A DNA stretch of 64,000 nt from Promethearchaeati archaeon SRVP18_Atabeyarchaeia-1 (GTDB taxonomy: Archaea; Asgardarchaeota; Atabeyarchaeia; Atabeyarchaeales; Atabeyarchaeaceae). A program made the position numbers and the translations under genes. The notes below the pieces were generated by a model that worked only from the letters and a program-made list of their open reading frames with translations, ran no database searches and was not told the DNA's origin. Below are positions 8,904 through 18,922 of the stretch, piece after piece (the stretch's first letter is position 1; every line of letters begins with the position of its first letter). The stretch spans positions 32,001-96,000 of the forward strand of contig CP147779.1 in NCBI GenBank assembly GCA_037308085.1. Direction: 5' to 3'.

Positions 8904-9509
8904 TCAAGCGCTTTTGGGCTGTCGTACTCGTTTGCGTCTTTCGCGCTTGGCCTTACTATCAGTTCTTCTCACAGCGGGTGTGATACTGATTCTGTATTGA
9001 TTTAACGTTTTGTCTAGCACAGTTGAGAAGGAAAGGGTTTCAAGAACCGCATCGAGTTTGTCGGCAAACCACAAAACCAGAGATATTCCGGATGAGGGAG
9101 GGAAACGTGGATTCAATGGAAACATGTGAGAGTAGATCGCCTTGGAGACCTCATAGGACTCGCCTAGCCTATGTGATATCAAGGCGCCTCTTGAGGCGTG
9201 TCTCAGTATTTGGACTATGCGAGGCTCGCTGGATCTTGGATCAAGGCCACAGTCATGCAGGAGGCCTGCTCTTGCCGAGATTCCTCTGTCAAGGCCGAGG
9301 ATGCCAGCGACCGTGTAGCAAATGTACGCGACTCTTAGACAGTGGTTTAGTCGAATCTTCTTCGCGAAGGTAGCACCATTTTCCCCTTTCATTAATGAGC
9401 GATGGTGAACTCGGTGTCCTGGGTAATACGCCATGCGACTGACTTCTTTCGTCTTTAGCAGATCTGCAATCCTGCTCATGAAGTCTCTTAGCATTCGAGT
9501 CGCCAGCAT
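8904..9509 (-). CDS. HD-domain phosphohydrolase
   Basis: HCLRVA...GLLHD...RHASRGA...IYSHM...ADKLD HD-superfamily motifs. Confidence 0.85.
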   Translation of the reverse strand: MLATRMLRDFMSRIADLLKTKEVSRMAYYPGHRVHHRSLMKGENGATFAKKIRLNHCLRVAYICYTVAGILGLDRGISARAGLLHDCGLDPRSSEPRIVQILRHASRGALISHRLGESYEVSKAIYSHMFPLNPRFPPSSGISLVLWFADKLDAVLETLSFSTVLDKTLNQYRISITPAVRRTDSKAKRERRKRVRQPKSA

Positions 9510-9572
9510 TCAATTCGAAGAAAATGGATTGAGTCGCAGATCAGAGGCGCCTCGTGGTGCTTCCTGCCTGAC

Positions 9573-10040
9573 CTATTCAACCTTGACTTCCACAGATATC
9601 CCTTTTCTAACCGCCTCTGTCACTATGCAGTAGTCCTGGAATATCTGGTAGCACCTATCACCCTTCTTAGCGTCGTCAGGCGATTTGAATTCTGGATGCA
9701 TTCCGACTTTTAGTTGTTTTACTCTCAGACGTCCTGCTTCGTTTCTCGCTATTACTGCCTCAACGTCTGTCTTGAGACTCTTTAGTTCAATCTTACTTCT
9801 CTTCAGGCAGAATGCCAAGCTAGCGCTGAGGCAGTTGCCTATTGCTGCTGCCAACAACCTTGATGCGTTAGGCCCCTCGCCACCACCGCCAACTTCAGGC
9901 GGTTCATCAGTCTTCACGGGAGGTACCTTGGGGAGGTCAAAACTCACTAGGAAAGCCAGATCATGTTGGAGGGTTACAGTGACCTTGGCAGTCGTCTCCT
10001 GTATTCTTGCATCTTTCTTCTGTTCCTTACTTTCACTCAA
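9573..10040 (-). CDS. OsmC family protein
   Basis: DEPPEVGGGGEGPNASRLLAAAIGNCL ... CIVTEAVRKG. Confidence 0.88.
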   Translation of the reverse strand: MSESKEQKKDARIQETTAKVTVTLQHDLAFLVSFDLPKVPPVKTDEPPEVGGGGEGPNASRLLAAAIGNCLSASLAFCLKRSKIELKSLKTDVEAVIARNEAGRLRVKQLKVGMHPEFKSPDDAKKGDRCYQIFQDYCIVTEAVRKGISVEVKVE

Positions 10041-10096
10041 AATCCATTCTCACCTAGTTCCTTCTCTGTCTCATGATACCCTCTAATTGGTGGTCA

Positions 10097-10303
10097 TTAT
10101 TTAGCTTTGCTTGCTCTCCGAAAGACCAGGGATCCATTGGGGCAGGCTTGAATGCAGAGCAAGCATTCTCCTCTCTTCAGGCATCTCTCGAAGTCTATGT
10201 GGAATGAGTCTCCTTCGTATTCGATCGCCTCTACGGGGCATGTGGTTACGCATATCCGGCAATGCTTGCAGCGATCTGCGTGTTCCAGCTTGGGATAGTA
10301 CAA
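10097..10303 (-). CDS. 2[4Fe-4S] ferredoxin
   Basis: CKHCRICVTTCP and CLKRGECLLCIQACP. Confidence 0.85.
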   Translation of the reverse strand: MYYPKLEHADRCKHCRICVTTCPVEAIEYEGDSFHIDFERCLKRGECLLCIQACPNGSLVFRRASKAK

Positions 10304-10509
10304 TGTTCGGCTCCCCTATCGATACATCAAGTCGATGAAGCTTGTATGTACTGTTTCTCCGTGGACTAAAGTGCTTTTGAGCGTTCTAATCAGGATATTC
10401 GTGCATCTCCTTAATTCTAGACCAGGGGGTTTTTGGCGATAGGCTTATCAACCAGTAAACTTGATCGATCGGCAGTGGGGCATGAAAGAAGGAGAAGGAA
10501 ACAAGAATA

Positions 10510-11178
10510 TTGGGGATGCTTTCAGACAAGGAGAAGCAACATCTGCAAGAAGTCTTCGACAAGTCACTCGACGGCGAAGTCAAGATGGTAATGTTCACCC
10601 AGGAGTTCGAGTGCGAGACATGTAAAGATACGAAGGAGATGCTGCTGGAACTGGAACAGACCTCACCTAGGCTCAAAGCAGAAGTGTACGACTTTGTGAA
10701 GGACAAGGAGAAAGTAAAGGAATTCAACATCGACAAGATACCAGCCATTGCCCTGGTCGACAAGAAAAAGAACTACCTCAGATTCTACGGCGCACCCGCA
10801 GGGTATGAATTCACGACGTTGGTTGAAGATATCATTGACGTTTCCACCGGAAAGACTGGGCTCTTGCCCGAAACCAAGGAGAAGTTGCAGAAGATCAGTA
10901 AACCCATCCATATACAGGTTTTCTCAACTCCCACATGCCCGTATTGCCCGCAAGCTGTGAGGTTGGCGCACCAGTCTGCAATTGAGAACGATTCCATTAG
11001 AGCAGACATGGTTGATGTGGTTGAGTTCCCCTTTTTGTCCCAGAGATATGCTGTCATGAGTGTTCCGAAAACCGTGATAAATGAGGCAATCAGCTTCGTT
11101 GGGGCGCTTCCTGAAGAACGGTTCCTTGAGTACGTTCTCGCGGCGCAGAGCAAGGCTGACAGCACCATGTTCATATAG
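10510..11178 (+). CDS. protein disulfide oxidoreductase (archaeal PDO, two thioredoxin folds)
   Basis: CETC and CPYC active sites, GAPAGYEF, VMSVPK. Confidence 0.92.
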   Translation: MGMLSDKEKQHLQEVFDKSLDGEVKMVMFTQEFECETCKDTKEMLLELEQTSPRLKAEVYDFVKDKEKVKEFNIDKIPAIALVDKKKNYLRFYGAPAGYEFTTLVEDIIDVSTGKTGLLPETKEKLQKISKPIHIQVFSTPTCPYCPQAVRLAHQSAIENDSIRADMVDVVEFPFLSQRYAVMSVPKTVINEAISFVGALPEERFLEYVLAAQSKADSTMFI

Positions 11179-11467
11179 CGAGGATTCCTGGCTGAGAAAG
11201 CTAATGACGTATCTGCCCCAGAAGTGTCAAGACGCTCTATTTTAGAGTATTCTGTCGGTAGATTCGATCTCAATGCGTGGGCTGGACGTACGGTCACAAA
11301 ATGAGTTTGGGACTCGGTTTGCTCTCTGCTTGCGTTAGGCACAACCTGTTGATGGATTTGGATCCTAGAATTCATCAGATAATGCTTTTATATCAGCAGT
11401 TGGAGAAGGATAACCATTTCACAGACATGAATTATAGTGAACTCTGGACTTTCTTTAGTGGCAAAAG

Positions 11468-13810
11468 GTGAGGAACAGCTTGGATTTCAATCAGACAGAG
11501 ACCATCTTCCTTGGCATGATAATCAGTATAGCCATAGCTGGTTTGATCTATGCAGTGGTACTTTCACGTCAGACTCTGAGACATCCGACTGGAACGAAGG
11601 AAATGAACAAGATTTCCTTGGCTATTAGGATCGGCGCTAACTCATACCTGAAAAAGCAACTTACTTCAATAGCGGCTGTGCTTGTTCTTCTAGCGCTACT
11701 TCTATTCCTAACTGCTGCACCGCCCCCGCTTTATCCTGTTGACTATCCATCAGTTCAGTTGGGTCGCACGCTGGCATTTGTCATGGGCGCCATATTCTCT
11801 GCCTCCGTTGGATTCGTTGGAATGAATATTGCGACTAGGGCGAACGTGAGAGTTGCGGCCGCCGCAGGCAGGAGTTTCGCGGATGCCCTCAAGATAGCGT
11901 ACAGAGGTGGGACAGTAACCGGCATGTTGACTGATGGCCTGGGACTGCTCGGGGGTGCACTTATATTCGTTTTCTACCGCGAATATGCCTACCAAGCTTT
12001 ACTGGGTTTTGGATTCGGTGGCACGCTCATAGCTCTATTCTACAGAGTCGGCGGGGGAATATACACCAAAGCGGCGGACGTGGGAGCGGACCTAGTTGGC
12101 AAGGTCGAGAAAGGGATCCCTGAAGATGACCCACGAAACGCAGCAGTCATAGCTGACCTAGTTGGTGATAATGTCGGAGACTGTGCAGGCATGGCTGCCG
12201 ACATCTTCGAGTCCTACGAAGTCACCATGGTCGCAGCAATGATACTAGGTATCTTAGCATTCCCACCCTACGATCCTATTACTCACGTGGCAACTGGTTT
12301 CGGTTTCAAAGGTGTTCTGTTCCCATTGATGGTTCGTTCCATCGGCGTTCTGAGCTCGATAATTGGAACCTATGCGGTTAGAGTTCGCGGCGAAAGGCAT
12401 AATGCGATGAGGGCAATATTCCGTGGATACACTCTTGCTGCAATAATCTCGATAGCGGGCTTCATCTTCCTGAGCTTCACCTATATGCAGGGACTAACCG
12501 ACCCAGTGAGCGGTTTGCCGATTGAGTGGTGGAAGTTCCCAATAGCATTGGGCGCGGGGATCGCGCTTGCCGTCTCGACTAATCGACTGACTGAACACTT
12601 CACCTCGACGGAGCGGGCACCCGTCAAGGGCATGGCAAGATCCTGCCAGACTGGCGCTGCGACAAACATCCTGTCAGGTATCGCCGTTGGATACGAATCG
12701 AGTGTCTGGGCCATATTAGCCATAGGCGTGGCAATCTTTGTGTCGGTTGTCGTCTTTAGCACACTGGGCATAGTTGCGTTCTATGGAGTTGCGCTTTGCG
12801 GCATCGGGCAGTTGACACTCACTGGAAACAATGTTGCGATGGACAGCTTCGGACCAATCTCAGATAATGCGAATGGAATTGCCGAGATGGCTAAGGGTGA
12901 GCCGCTGAGCACCGGAGCAAGGCAAGTCTTGGCTGACCTTGATGCGGTGGGAAACACAACTAAGGCAGTGACAAAATCAATAGCCATAGCTTCGGCAGTA
13001 ATCGCAGCGGTCTCTCTCTTTAAGTCCTATACAACTGATGTCCCACACGAGATAAGTTTGCCGCCCATGAGCCTAGACATAGCAATGCCACTGGTCTTCA
13101 TAGGGTTACTCATCGGAGGAGCAATACCATTCCTATTCAGTTCAATTGCAGTCAGGGCAGTCGGCAGAGCGGCATCTATGATGGTAGGCGAAGTGAGAAG
13201 GCAGTTCACAGAGATCAAGGGACTTTGGGAAGGAAAGGCTGAACCAGACTACGCCAGATGCGTAGGAATCTCGACCAGGGCCGCCCAGAAAGAGCTACTT
13301 GTTTTGGGGGTGCTGGCGATAGCTTCGCCCCTACTTGTGGGACTTCTTCTAAGCGGCGCGGCGCTAGGTGGATTCCTCGCAGGAGCCATCCTTGCAAGCC
13401 AACTGCTAGCAGTGTTCATGGCCACTTCGGGCGGGGCGTGGGATAACGCGAAAAAGAGCATAGAGGATGGACTATATGGCGGCAAAGGCTCGGAAGCGCA
13501 CAAGGCATCAGTTATCGGAGACACGGTGGGCGATCCTCTAAAGGACACAGCTGGACCGGCATTGAATCCGATGATGAAGGTAATAAACTTGATTTCAATA
13601 CTTATGGGCTCTTTGATAATGAAGAATTCATTGATAACCAGTGATCTTGTGCTGAACCCATCAGTTCTCATAGCCGTTGTTGTGGCTCTACTGGCTGCAG
13701 CCATCGCATTTGCGCTCTGGTACAGCAAGAGGGAGATGGAAGTCATAGGAGAGGGACGGAAGGAAACGGGCGAGAAAGGCAAGCCGCAGAAGAATCGCGT
13801 CAAGAAATAG
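11468..13810 (+). CDS. hppA: membrane-bound H+-translocating pyrophosphatase, predicted K+-independent
   Basis: GGGIYTKAADVGADLVGKVE, EDDPRN, DNVGD, GGAWDNAKK; GNTTKA (Lys) marks the K+-independent subfamily. Confidence 0.95.
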   Translation: MRNSLDFNQTETIFLGMIISIAIAGLIYAVVLSRQTLRHPTGTKEMNKISLAIRIGANSYLKKQLTSIAAVLVLLALLLFLTAAPPPLYPVDYPSVQLGRTLAFVMGAIFSASVGFVGMNIATRANVRVAAAAGRSFADALKIAYRGGTVTGMLTDGLGLLGGALIFVFYREYAYQALLGFGFGGTLIALFYRVGGGIYTKAADVGADLVGKVEKGIPEDDPRNAAVIADLVGDNVGDCAGMAADIFESYEVTMVAAMILGILAFPPYDPITHVATGFGFKGVLFPLMVRSIGVLSSIIGTYAVRVRGERHNAMRAIFRGYTLAAIISIAGFIFLSFTYMQGLTDPVSGLPIEWWKFPIALGAGIALAVSTNRLTEHFTSTERAPVKGMARSCQTGAATNILSGIAVGYESSVWAILAIGVAIFVSVVVFSTLGIVAFYGVALCGIGQLTLTGNNVAMDSFGPISDNANGIAEMAKGEPLSTGARQVLADLDAVGNTTKAVTKSIAIASAVIAAVSLFKSYTTDVPHEISLPPMSLDIAMPLVFIGLLIGGAIPFLFSSIAVRAVGRAASMMVGEVRRQFTEIKGLWEGKAEPDYARCVGISTRAAQKELLVLGVLAIASPLLVGLLLSGAALGGFLAGAILASQLLAVFMATSGGAWDNAKKSIEDGLYGGKGSEAHKASVIGDTVGDPLKDTAGPALNPMMKVINLISILMGSLIMKNSLITSDLVLNPSVLIAVVVALLAAAIAFALWYSKREMEVIGEGRKETGEKGKPQKNRVKK

Positions 13811-14207
13811 ATGACAACTCGCCACTCCTCTGTTTTTTTTTTGGACCTGCCAGTAGCCTTTGGTTTTTGCGAATTCGTTCTCACGGATAGCGTGTAAGTC
13901 GAGTATGCCGTGGCAAGGTTTCACGGGCTCGGACGCTAGGTCATCGATTATCCCGTCAGTGATCTCTTGAGAAATACTGGCGGAAGCCCACGACAAGGAA
14001 GGTAAAGCCAATTGAGCTTCTCTCCAACTCTCCAGAGCTCCTGGTCTTTAGGCCAACCCGTCATAAGGGACTTCGATGAAGGCGCCCGCCGAACGCGATG
14101 AGTCTTGTCAATTGTTCTCGGTATGGTCATGCGACCGTTGCGTGTGCACTGAGGAAGGAATCCAAAAAAATCATTCGAAGATCTGCCACACCTCACTGGG
14201 TGCGTGC

Positions 14208-16667
14208 TCACTTTCTCCTTTGCTTCCCAATTAGGTAGGCAATGGCAGGAACTAGGACGAGTACTGCAATGATCCCCAGTATGATGATGATTGAATTGGA
14301 GGGTTCAATTGTTGGAATCTGGGTTGGTTGTCGTGGCAAGTCATATATGGAGGTGGAGCTCGTCGAGATCCGGTGCCTGGAGTCGCAGGCTTGAACCTTT
14401 ATGCTCAGCAGTGTGGTCGAGCCGACAAGTGGGGCTTCGTAGTCTGCCTGGTAGAGCTTAGCCGTACTGTTCCAAATGGCTTGAAGTTGCGTAACATTGC
14501 CTGTGTCACCAACGTAGATGGTGATTGTGAGGTTTCCTTGGAATTGCAGTTCTGGGTGGTTAAGGTAGGACGCATTCACTGAGATTCGGAGAAGTTGCAT
14601 TGAGACCAAGTTTGAGGGCGGGTTCAGCGCAATGCTTGGATCGCCTAACGTAATGTCGCTGACAGTCGCCGCCCCGATCCACCTAGTCGCCAAATGGCCA
14701 ATCGAGTCTCTTGAGATGAACTTGATACCGTATATTCCTTCGCCGGTGACGTTGCAGCTGAATCTGTATTGTCCTCCCAACAGAGTTAGGACGGTGTTGT
14801 TGAGGAGCAATCCAGTTGGGCTCGTTATTGTGATGTTAACTTGGCTCAATCCATCCAAATCAATCAGTGGAGTCGTGTTCTGCACCCTGATGGTGGCTCT
14901 CGGACTCGTGTCCGGTAGATGCCCAATCACGCTCACCGAAGCGCTGGCAGTGAAGTTGTTGAGTACCGATACCGTACAATTCAAAGTCGAGCCGTCGATC
15001 AATGTGAATTGGGGAAGATACGCAAAAGCCTGCCTGAAGACACCGAGGCTGAGAAACGAGTTGCTATATGTCCAGCTACTAGTGCCCACGGCCTCGCTAT
15101 TCACGTAGACATCGTCTATCTGATTGGCGATCGGGACAATGATGACTGCGCCTTCAGACAGCGTCACGTTATAATCTGAACCGGTTGGGTGGACATAGTC
15201 GAAAGTCAGAACTAGCGAGTACGACCCTCCATACGTTAAGCCATCGACCTCCCTCGTTAGCTGTGCCCATGCTGTCACGCTCACCCTTCCTCCTATCTGG
15301 ACGCTACTCCCGTTGAACAGTTTCAAACTGAGGTTCAGGGTTCCCGTGGTCCTGTTCATTACACCTTGCCTTAGTAGATCGGATTTCTCAAGGATAACTC
15401 TCATGAAGGCGAAGTTGACGTACGATTCCGAAGCTGCAGTGCTGTTGCCGTTGACTACTATATGATACCCACTCGGGAACAGATTGCCATATCCATAGCT
15501 GTAATACCAGATCGTATACGTGAAGTTGAGAATGGCTATAGGATAGTTACTTGTTACAGTGAAGCTGTACGGGGGTACGGCGTTCCACACGGTCTGATTC
15601 CATATGGAATTGTCAGCTACGGGGATGCCATTGATTCTAAGGTTTAAGCCAGTCATGCTCGCCGGCGAGGATTGTGCGTGGACTCTCAGCTCAAAACCAT
15701 TGAAGTAGTATGAGCTACCAGCGATCGCCACATGATTCGTCCAGTTGACGCCCCTATTGGAAGTCAGCCACCCTGACGGAGGACTAGTCGGCTGTTTGCT
15801 GAGAGTCGTACCTGCCGCATAGCCACCTCCCGAGCTTACCCATTCAGTCGTATGGAGGACCAAGTAGTAGTATCCGGCCGTCAGGTTGACATGTGGAATG
15901 CTAATTGGGATCCAATTTGCTCCAAGGCTTACGAAAGTAGAAGGCAACGACACTGACTTCACGAATTCGCCAGCTTCATTGCTATATGTTGACCGCCTGA
16001 CTTCAGCAGTTAGGTTTCCAACTGTACCGTCAAATCTAAATAAATTGACTTGGACTGATAGGTTCTCTGTGTATGTAGACAAGAAGAAACGCTGCGCAAG
16101 ACCAAGGTTTCCGTCAATCACGGGATAACTTGAGTTTGATCCCCCATTGGGAATTACGTAGAAGTTGTTGTCCCCTTTTAGCATTCCATTGATGCTGAAC
16201 ATTGCCTGGTAGATAGTTGAGTTTTTGGGAACCTTCAGGTTGCTGATAAGTCCTTGGTAAAAGCCCTCAAACTGGCTTGCTACCAGCTGAACAACCGAGG
16301 TACTAACTGTAGTCGTATTTACATACTTCGCGCTTAGGAGTGTCCCATTGTAGAAGTTGAGACCAAGCCTGGTCACGTTCCAATTCGGTGGGAAGTCTAG
16401 GGTGAAGTTTTGACCAGTTGAGGGGATATACCAGTTTCTGGCATCGTAGAGGTGATTCCCATAAATGAATGCGCTGGGATCAGGGGAAACTCCAGTGGTG
16501 GCACCGTTGCCAAGTGGGGGAGCCGCCATAGTGGCTTGGAGAGGCATCTGTGTTCCCTGGGCGGTTGCTGACGTCAGCAACAAGGTTGTAATTATGCAGA
16601 GGACGAGAATGCTATTGAATCGCCCCTTTGCATCCGACGCAGCGATACTATTCCTGATCATTGGCAT
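14208..16667 (-). CDS. large secreted cell-surface protein with C-terminal membrane anchor
   Basis: N-terminal signal sequence, S/T/N-rich beta-strand content with many N-x-S/T sequons, Pro/Thr linker, TM helix and basic tail KQRRK. Confidence 0.7.
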   Translation of the reverse strand: MPMIRNSIAASDAKGRFNSILVLCIITTLLLTSATAQGTQMPLQATMAAPPLGNGATTGVSPDPSAFIYGNHLYDARNWYIPSTGQNFTLDFPPNWNVTRLGLNFYNGTLLSAKYVNTTTVSTSVVQLVASQFEGFYQGLISNLKVPKNSTIYQAMFSINGMLKGDNNFYVIPNGGSNSSYPVIDGNLGLAQRFFLSTYTENLSVQVNLFRFDGTVGNLTAEVRRSTYSNEAGEFVKSVSLPSTFVSLGANWIPISIPHVNLTAGYYYLVLHTTEWVSSGGGYAAGTTLSKQPTSPPSGWLTSNRGVNWTNHVAIAGSSYYFNGFELRVHAQSSPASMTGLNLRINGIPVADNSIWNQTVWNAVPPYSFTVTSNYPIAILNFTYTIWYYSYGYGNLFPSGYHIVVNGNSTAASESYVNFAFMRVILEKSDLLRQGVMNRTTGTLNLSLKLFNGSSVQIGGRVSVTAWAQLTREVDGLTYGGSYSLVLTFDYVHPTGSDYNVTLSEGAVIIVPIANQIDDVYVNSEAVGTSSWTYSNSFLSLGVFRQAFAYLPQFTLIDGSTLNCTVSVLNNFTASASVSVIGHLPDTSPRATIRVQNTTPLIDLDGLSQVNITITSPTGLLLNNTVLTLLGGQYRFSCNVTGEGIYGIKFISRDSIGHLATRWIGAATVSDITLGDPSIALNPPSNLVSMQLLRISVNASYLNHPELQFQGNLTITIYVGDTGNVTQLQAIWNSTAKLYQADYEAPLVGSTTLLSIKVQACDSRHRISTSSTSIYDLPRQPTQIPTIEPSNSIIIILGIIAVLVLVPAIAYLIGKQRRK

Positions 16668-16885
16668 CGCAGCCTATCACCGCAGGAGAATCAATCGAAA
16701 CACCATATTTCTCCGTGAGACCAGTCTCATTAGTGTATATGGATTCTGAATATAACAGTTATGGAAGCGATAAATTCCTACGTTATCCTTGGCGATTTAT
16801 GTATTGCGGATGCCTGAACTCGGCACATTGCCATTGCTCGCTGGCGTTGTCATTCTGGGCTTACTTTCATGAGCTTTCGCTGGTT

Positions 16886-18463
16886 CTAGGGCTGCAAGGC
16901 TGATAGTTCTGGGAATATTTTTTCTTTTGAGAGTGCCTGATATGTTCTCTCGTAGATATCGAAGAGCTTGGAATATAGTGTAGAGTTCTCCTTGTCTGGA
17001 GTATACCTTTCGGTTATTCTAACCATCAAATCTGCCGCTTCGACCACTCCTTTGTAGATGCCCACGCCTACGCCTGCGAGGATGGCCGCACCGACCGCTG
17101 TTGCTTCTTCCAAGGGGCCTTTAAGTACCGGGAGATTGGTGACGTCTGATTGGATCTGATTCCAGATTGAGCTGCGAGTTGCTCCTCCTGTGACTCTAAT
17201 CTCACGAATGTCGGTGCCGATTTCTTTCATTACTGAGATGTTTTCTCTGATTTCGAAGGCTGTTCCTTCCATGATCGCCCTAACTATGCATCCCTTCTCG
17301 TGACCTATTGTGAAACCGAACATCACTCCTCTATCGTATGGGTTCCAGTGTGGTGCGCCTGAACCCATGCAATGTGGAATCAACATCACGCCCCTTGAGC
17401 CAGCTGGGACCCGCGCCGCTTGATCATTCAGGAGGTCGTATGGGTCCTTTCCGGATCTTTCGGCCTCTATTTTCTCCGCTTGGGCAAACTGGTCCCTAAA
17501 CCACCTGTAAACGGCTCCAGTTGTGAATATGCTTGCCTCGTTCACCCACTTTCCGGGAACTGCATGGCAACTGCAGAGAACTCTCCGCTTCGAGTCGTAT
17601 TTTGGCTCGTTAAGAAAAGCGAGTATGAAGGTTCCTGTTCCCGTTGTTGCCTTGACCCGGCCTGTCTCCGTTACGCCCACGCCCAAGGCTGCTGCTTGCT
17701 GGTCTCCAGCGCCTGTTATTACTGGGGTGTGCGCCGCGAAGCCGGTTTCCCCAGAGGCTCTCTTAGTGACTTCGCCTATGCGTTTCCCCGGCGGGTACAA
17801 AGTCGGCATCTTTTCTTTCTGAATCTCCAGTTCTCCGCAGATGGTGTCTGACCAATCCATTTTCCTAATATCGAAGAGCATTGTGCGCGAGGCATTGCTG
17901 TGCTCCGTGACGAATTGGTCGCTAAGCTTCATTGTAATGTAATCGTGTACAAGGAGGAACTTGTATGTCTTGGAGAAGAGTTCGCTTTGGTTCCTCTTAA
18001 TCCAGAGGATCTTGGGCGCTGAGAAGTAGGGATCTACTGTCAAACCTGTCGCAGAGTAGATCTTCTCTGCACCTATCTTTGCAGTGATTTGACTACACTC
18101 GTCTACTGTTCTTCGATCCTGCCACACAATCGCCGTCCTCAGGGGTTCTCCCAATGCATTTACTGGGACTATTGTCTCCCTTTGGTTGGTTACGCTGATC
18201 CCCCGTATTTCGTCTGGCTTGATCTTTGCTTTCTTCATGGCCACTTTGGATGTGCTGCACACGGCCCTCCACCAGTCTCTAGCATTCTGTTCAACCCAAG
18301 ATGGAGAGGGGTAGGCACTTGGGTGCTCTTCGTAGGCTTGAGAAACGAGTCCACCATCGATACTGAATATGATCGTTCTGCAACCTGTAGTACCAGCATC
18401 AATTGCAGCCAAGAACTCTCTCGGCAATGGTTCAGATTCCTCCAATCTCTTGGTCCAGTCCAA
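16886..18463 (-). CDS. FGGY-family carbohydrate kinase (xylulokinase/glycerol kinase-like)
   Basis: AIDAGTTG, TNQRET, WQDRR, SNASRTML, GAGDQQAA, TGGAT. Confidence 0.92.
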   Translation of the reverse strand: MDWTKRLEESEPLPREFLAAIDAGTTGCRTIIFSIDGGLVSQAYEEHPSAYPSPSWVEQNARDWWRAVCSTSKVAMKKAKIKPDEIRGISVTNQRETIVPVNALGEPLRTAIVWQDRRTVDECSQITAKIGAEKIYSATGLTVDPYFSAPKILWIKRNQSELFSKTYKFLLVHDYITMKLSDQFVTEHSNASRTMLFDIRKMDWSDTICGELEIQKEKMPTLYPPGKRIGEVTKRASGETGFAAHTPVITGAGDQQAAALGVGVTETGRVKATTGTGTFILAFLNEPKYDSKRRVLCSCHAVPGKWVNEASIFTTGAVYRWFRDQFAQAEKIEAERSGKDPYDLLNDQAARVPAGSRGVMLIPHCMGSGAPHWNPYDRGVMFGFTIGHEKGCIVRAIMEGTAFEIRENISVMKEIGTDIREIRVTGGATRSSIWNQIQSDVTNLPVLKGPLEEATAVGAAILAGVGVGIYKGVVEAADLMVRITERYTPDKENSTLYSKLFDIYERTYQALSKEKIFPELSALQP

Positions 18464-18729
18464 CTGCCTTATCTGGGAAGGACAGTCTGACCATCCTTGG
18501 AAATATAGCTTTGCTTGTAGATTCTCACGGACTCCTATTGAACACTCTTAGCCATCATGGCTTTCGGCGAAAGCCTTGGTTTGTTCGCCCCAGCAACCGA
18601 TTTCTCTACGAGTCCCGTGTTGAGATTTCCGTTGCGAAAGCTACAATGCTCACGGATTCCTCTGTTGGATTCAAGTTAGTTCTTAAATATGGACGTCCAC
18701 ACTTCTCATAATTAGGAGGATAAACAAAC

Positions 18730-18864
18730 ATGGTCTGCAGTAGCTTCGATACGAAGAACCAGAAATGCAAAGAAACAGGGATGAAGATATATCAGGGAAT
18801 GGATGTTCCCTGCGAGGTTGTCAAGTCCCCAGATAAGTGTAAGGTTGTTGCGATGAGAAAGTAG
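18730..18864 (+). CDS. 44-aa four-cysteine microprotein (MVCSSFDTKNQKCKETGMKIYQGMDVPCEVVKSPDKCKVVAMRK)
   Basis: TATA-like TTAAATA about 18683, AGGAGG RBS about 10 nt upstream of ATG, fills an otherwise empty intergenic gap. Confidence 0.65.
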   Translation: MVCSSFDTKNQKCKETGMKIYQGMDVPCEVVKSPDKCKVVAMRK

Positions 18865-18922
18865 GAACACGGATAGAAAGTAGAGAGGTTGAGAGCCTAC
18901 GGTAATTGAGGCTGCAATCTTC

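Noticed and set aside
13811-14207. Possible ncRNA or small gene in the hppA downstream gap
   Set aside because: Only a T-tract terminator is evident; no convincing structure, RBS or protein motif
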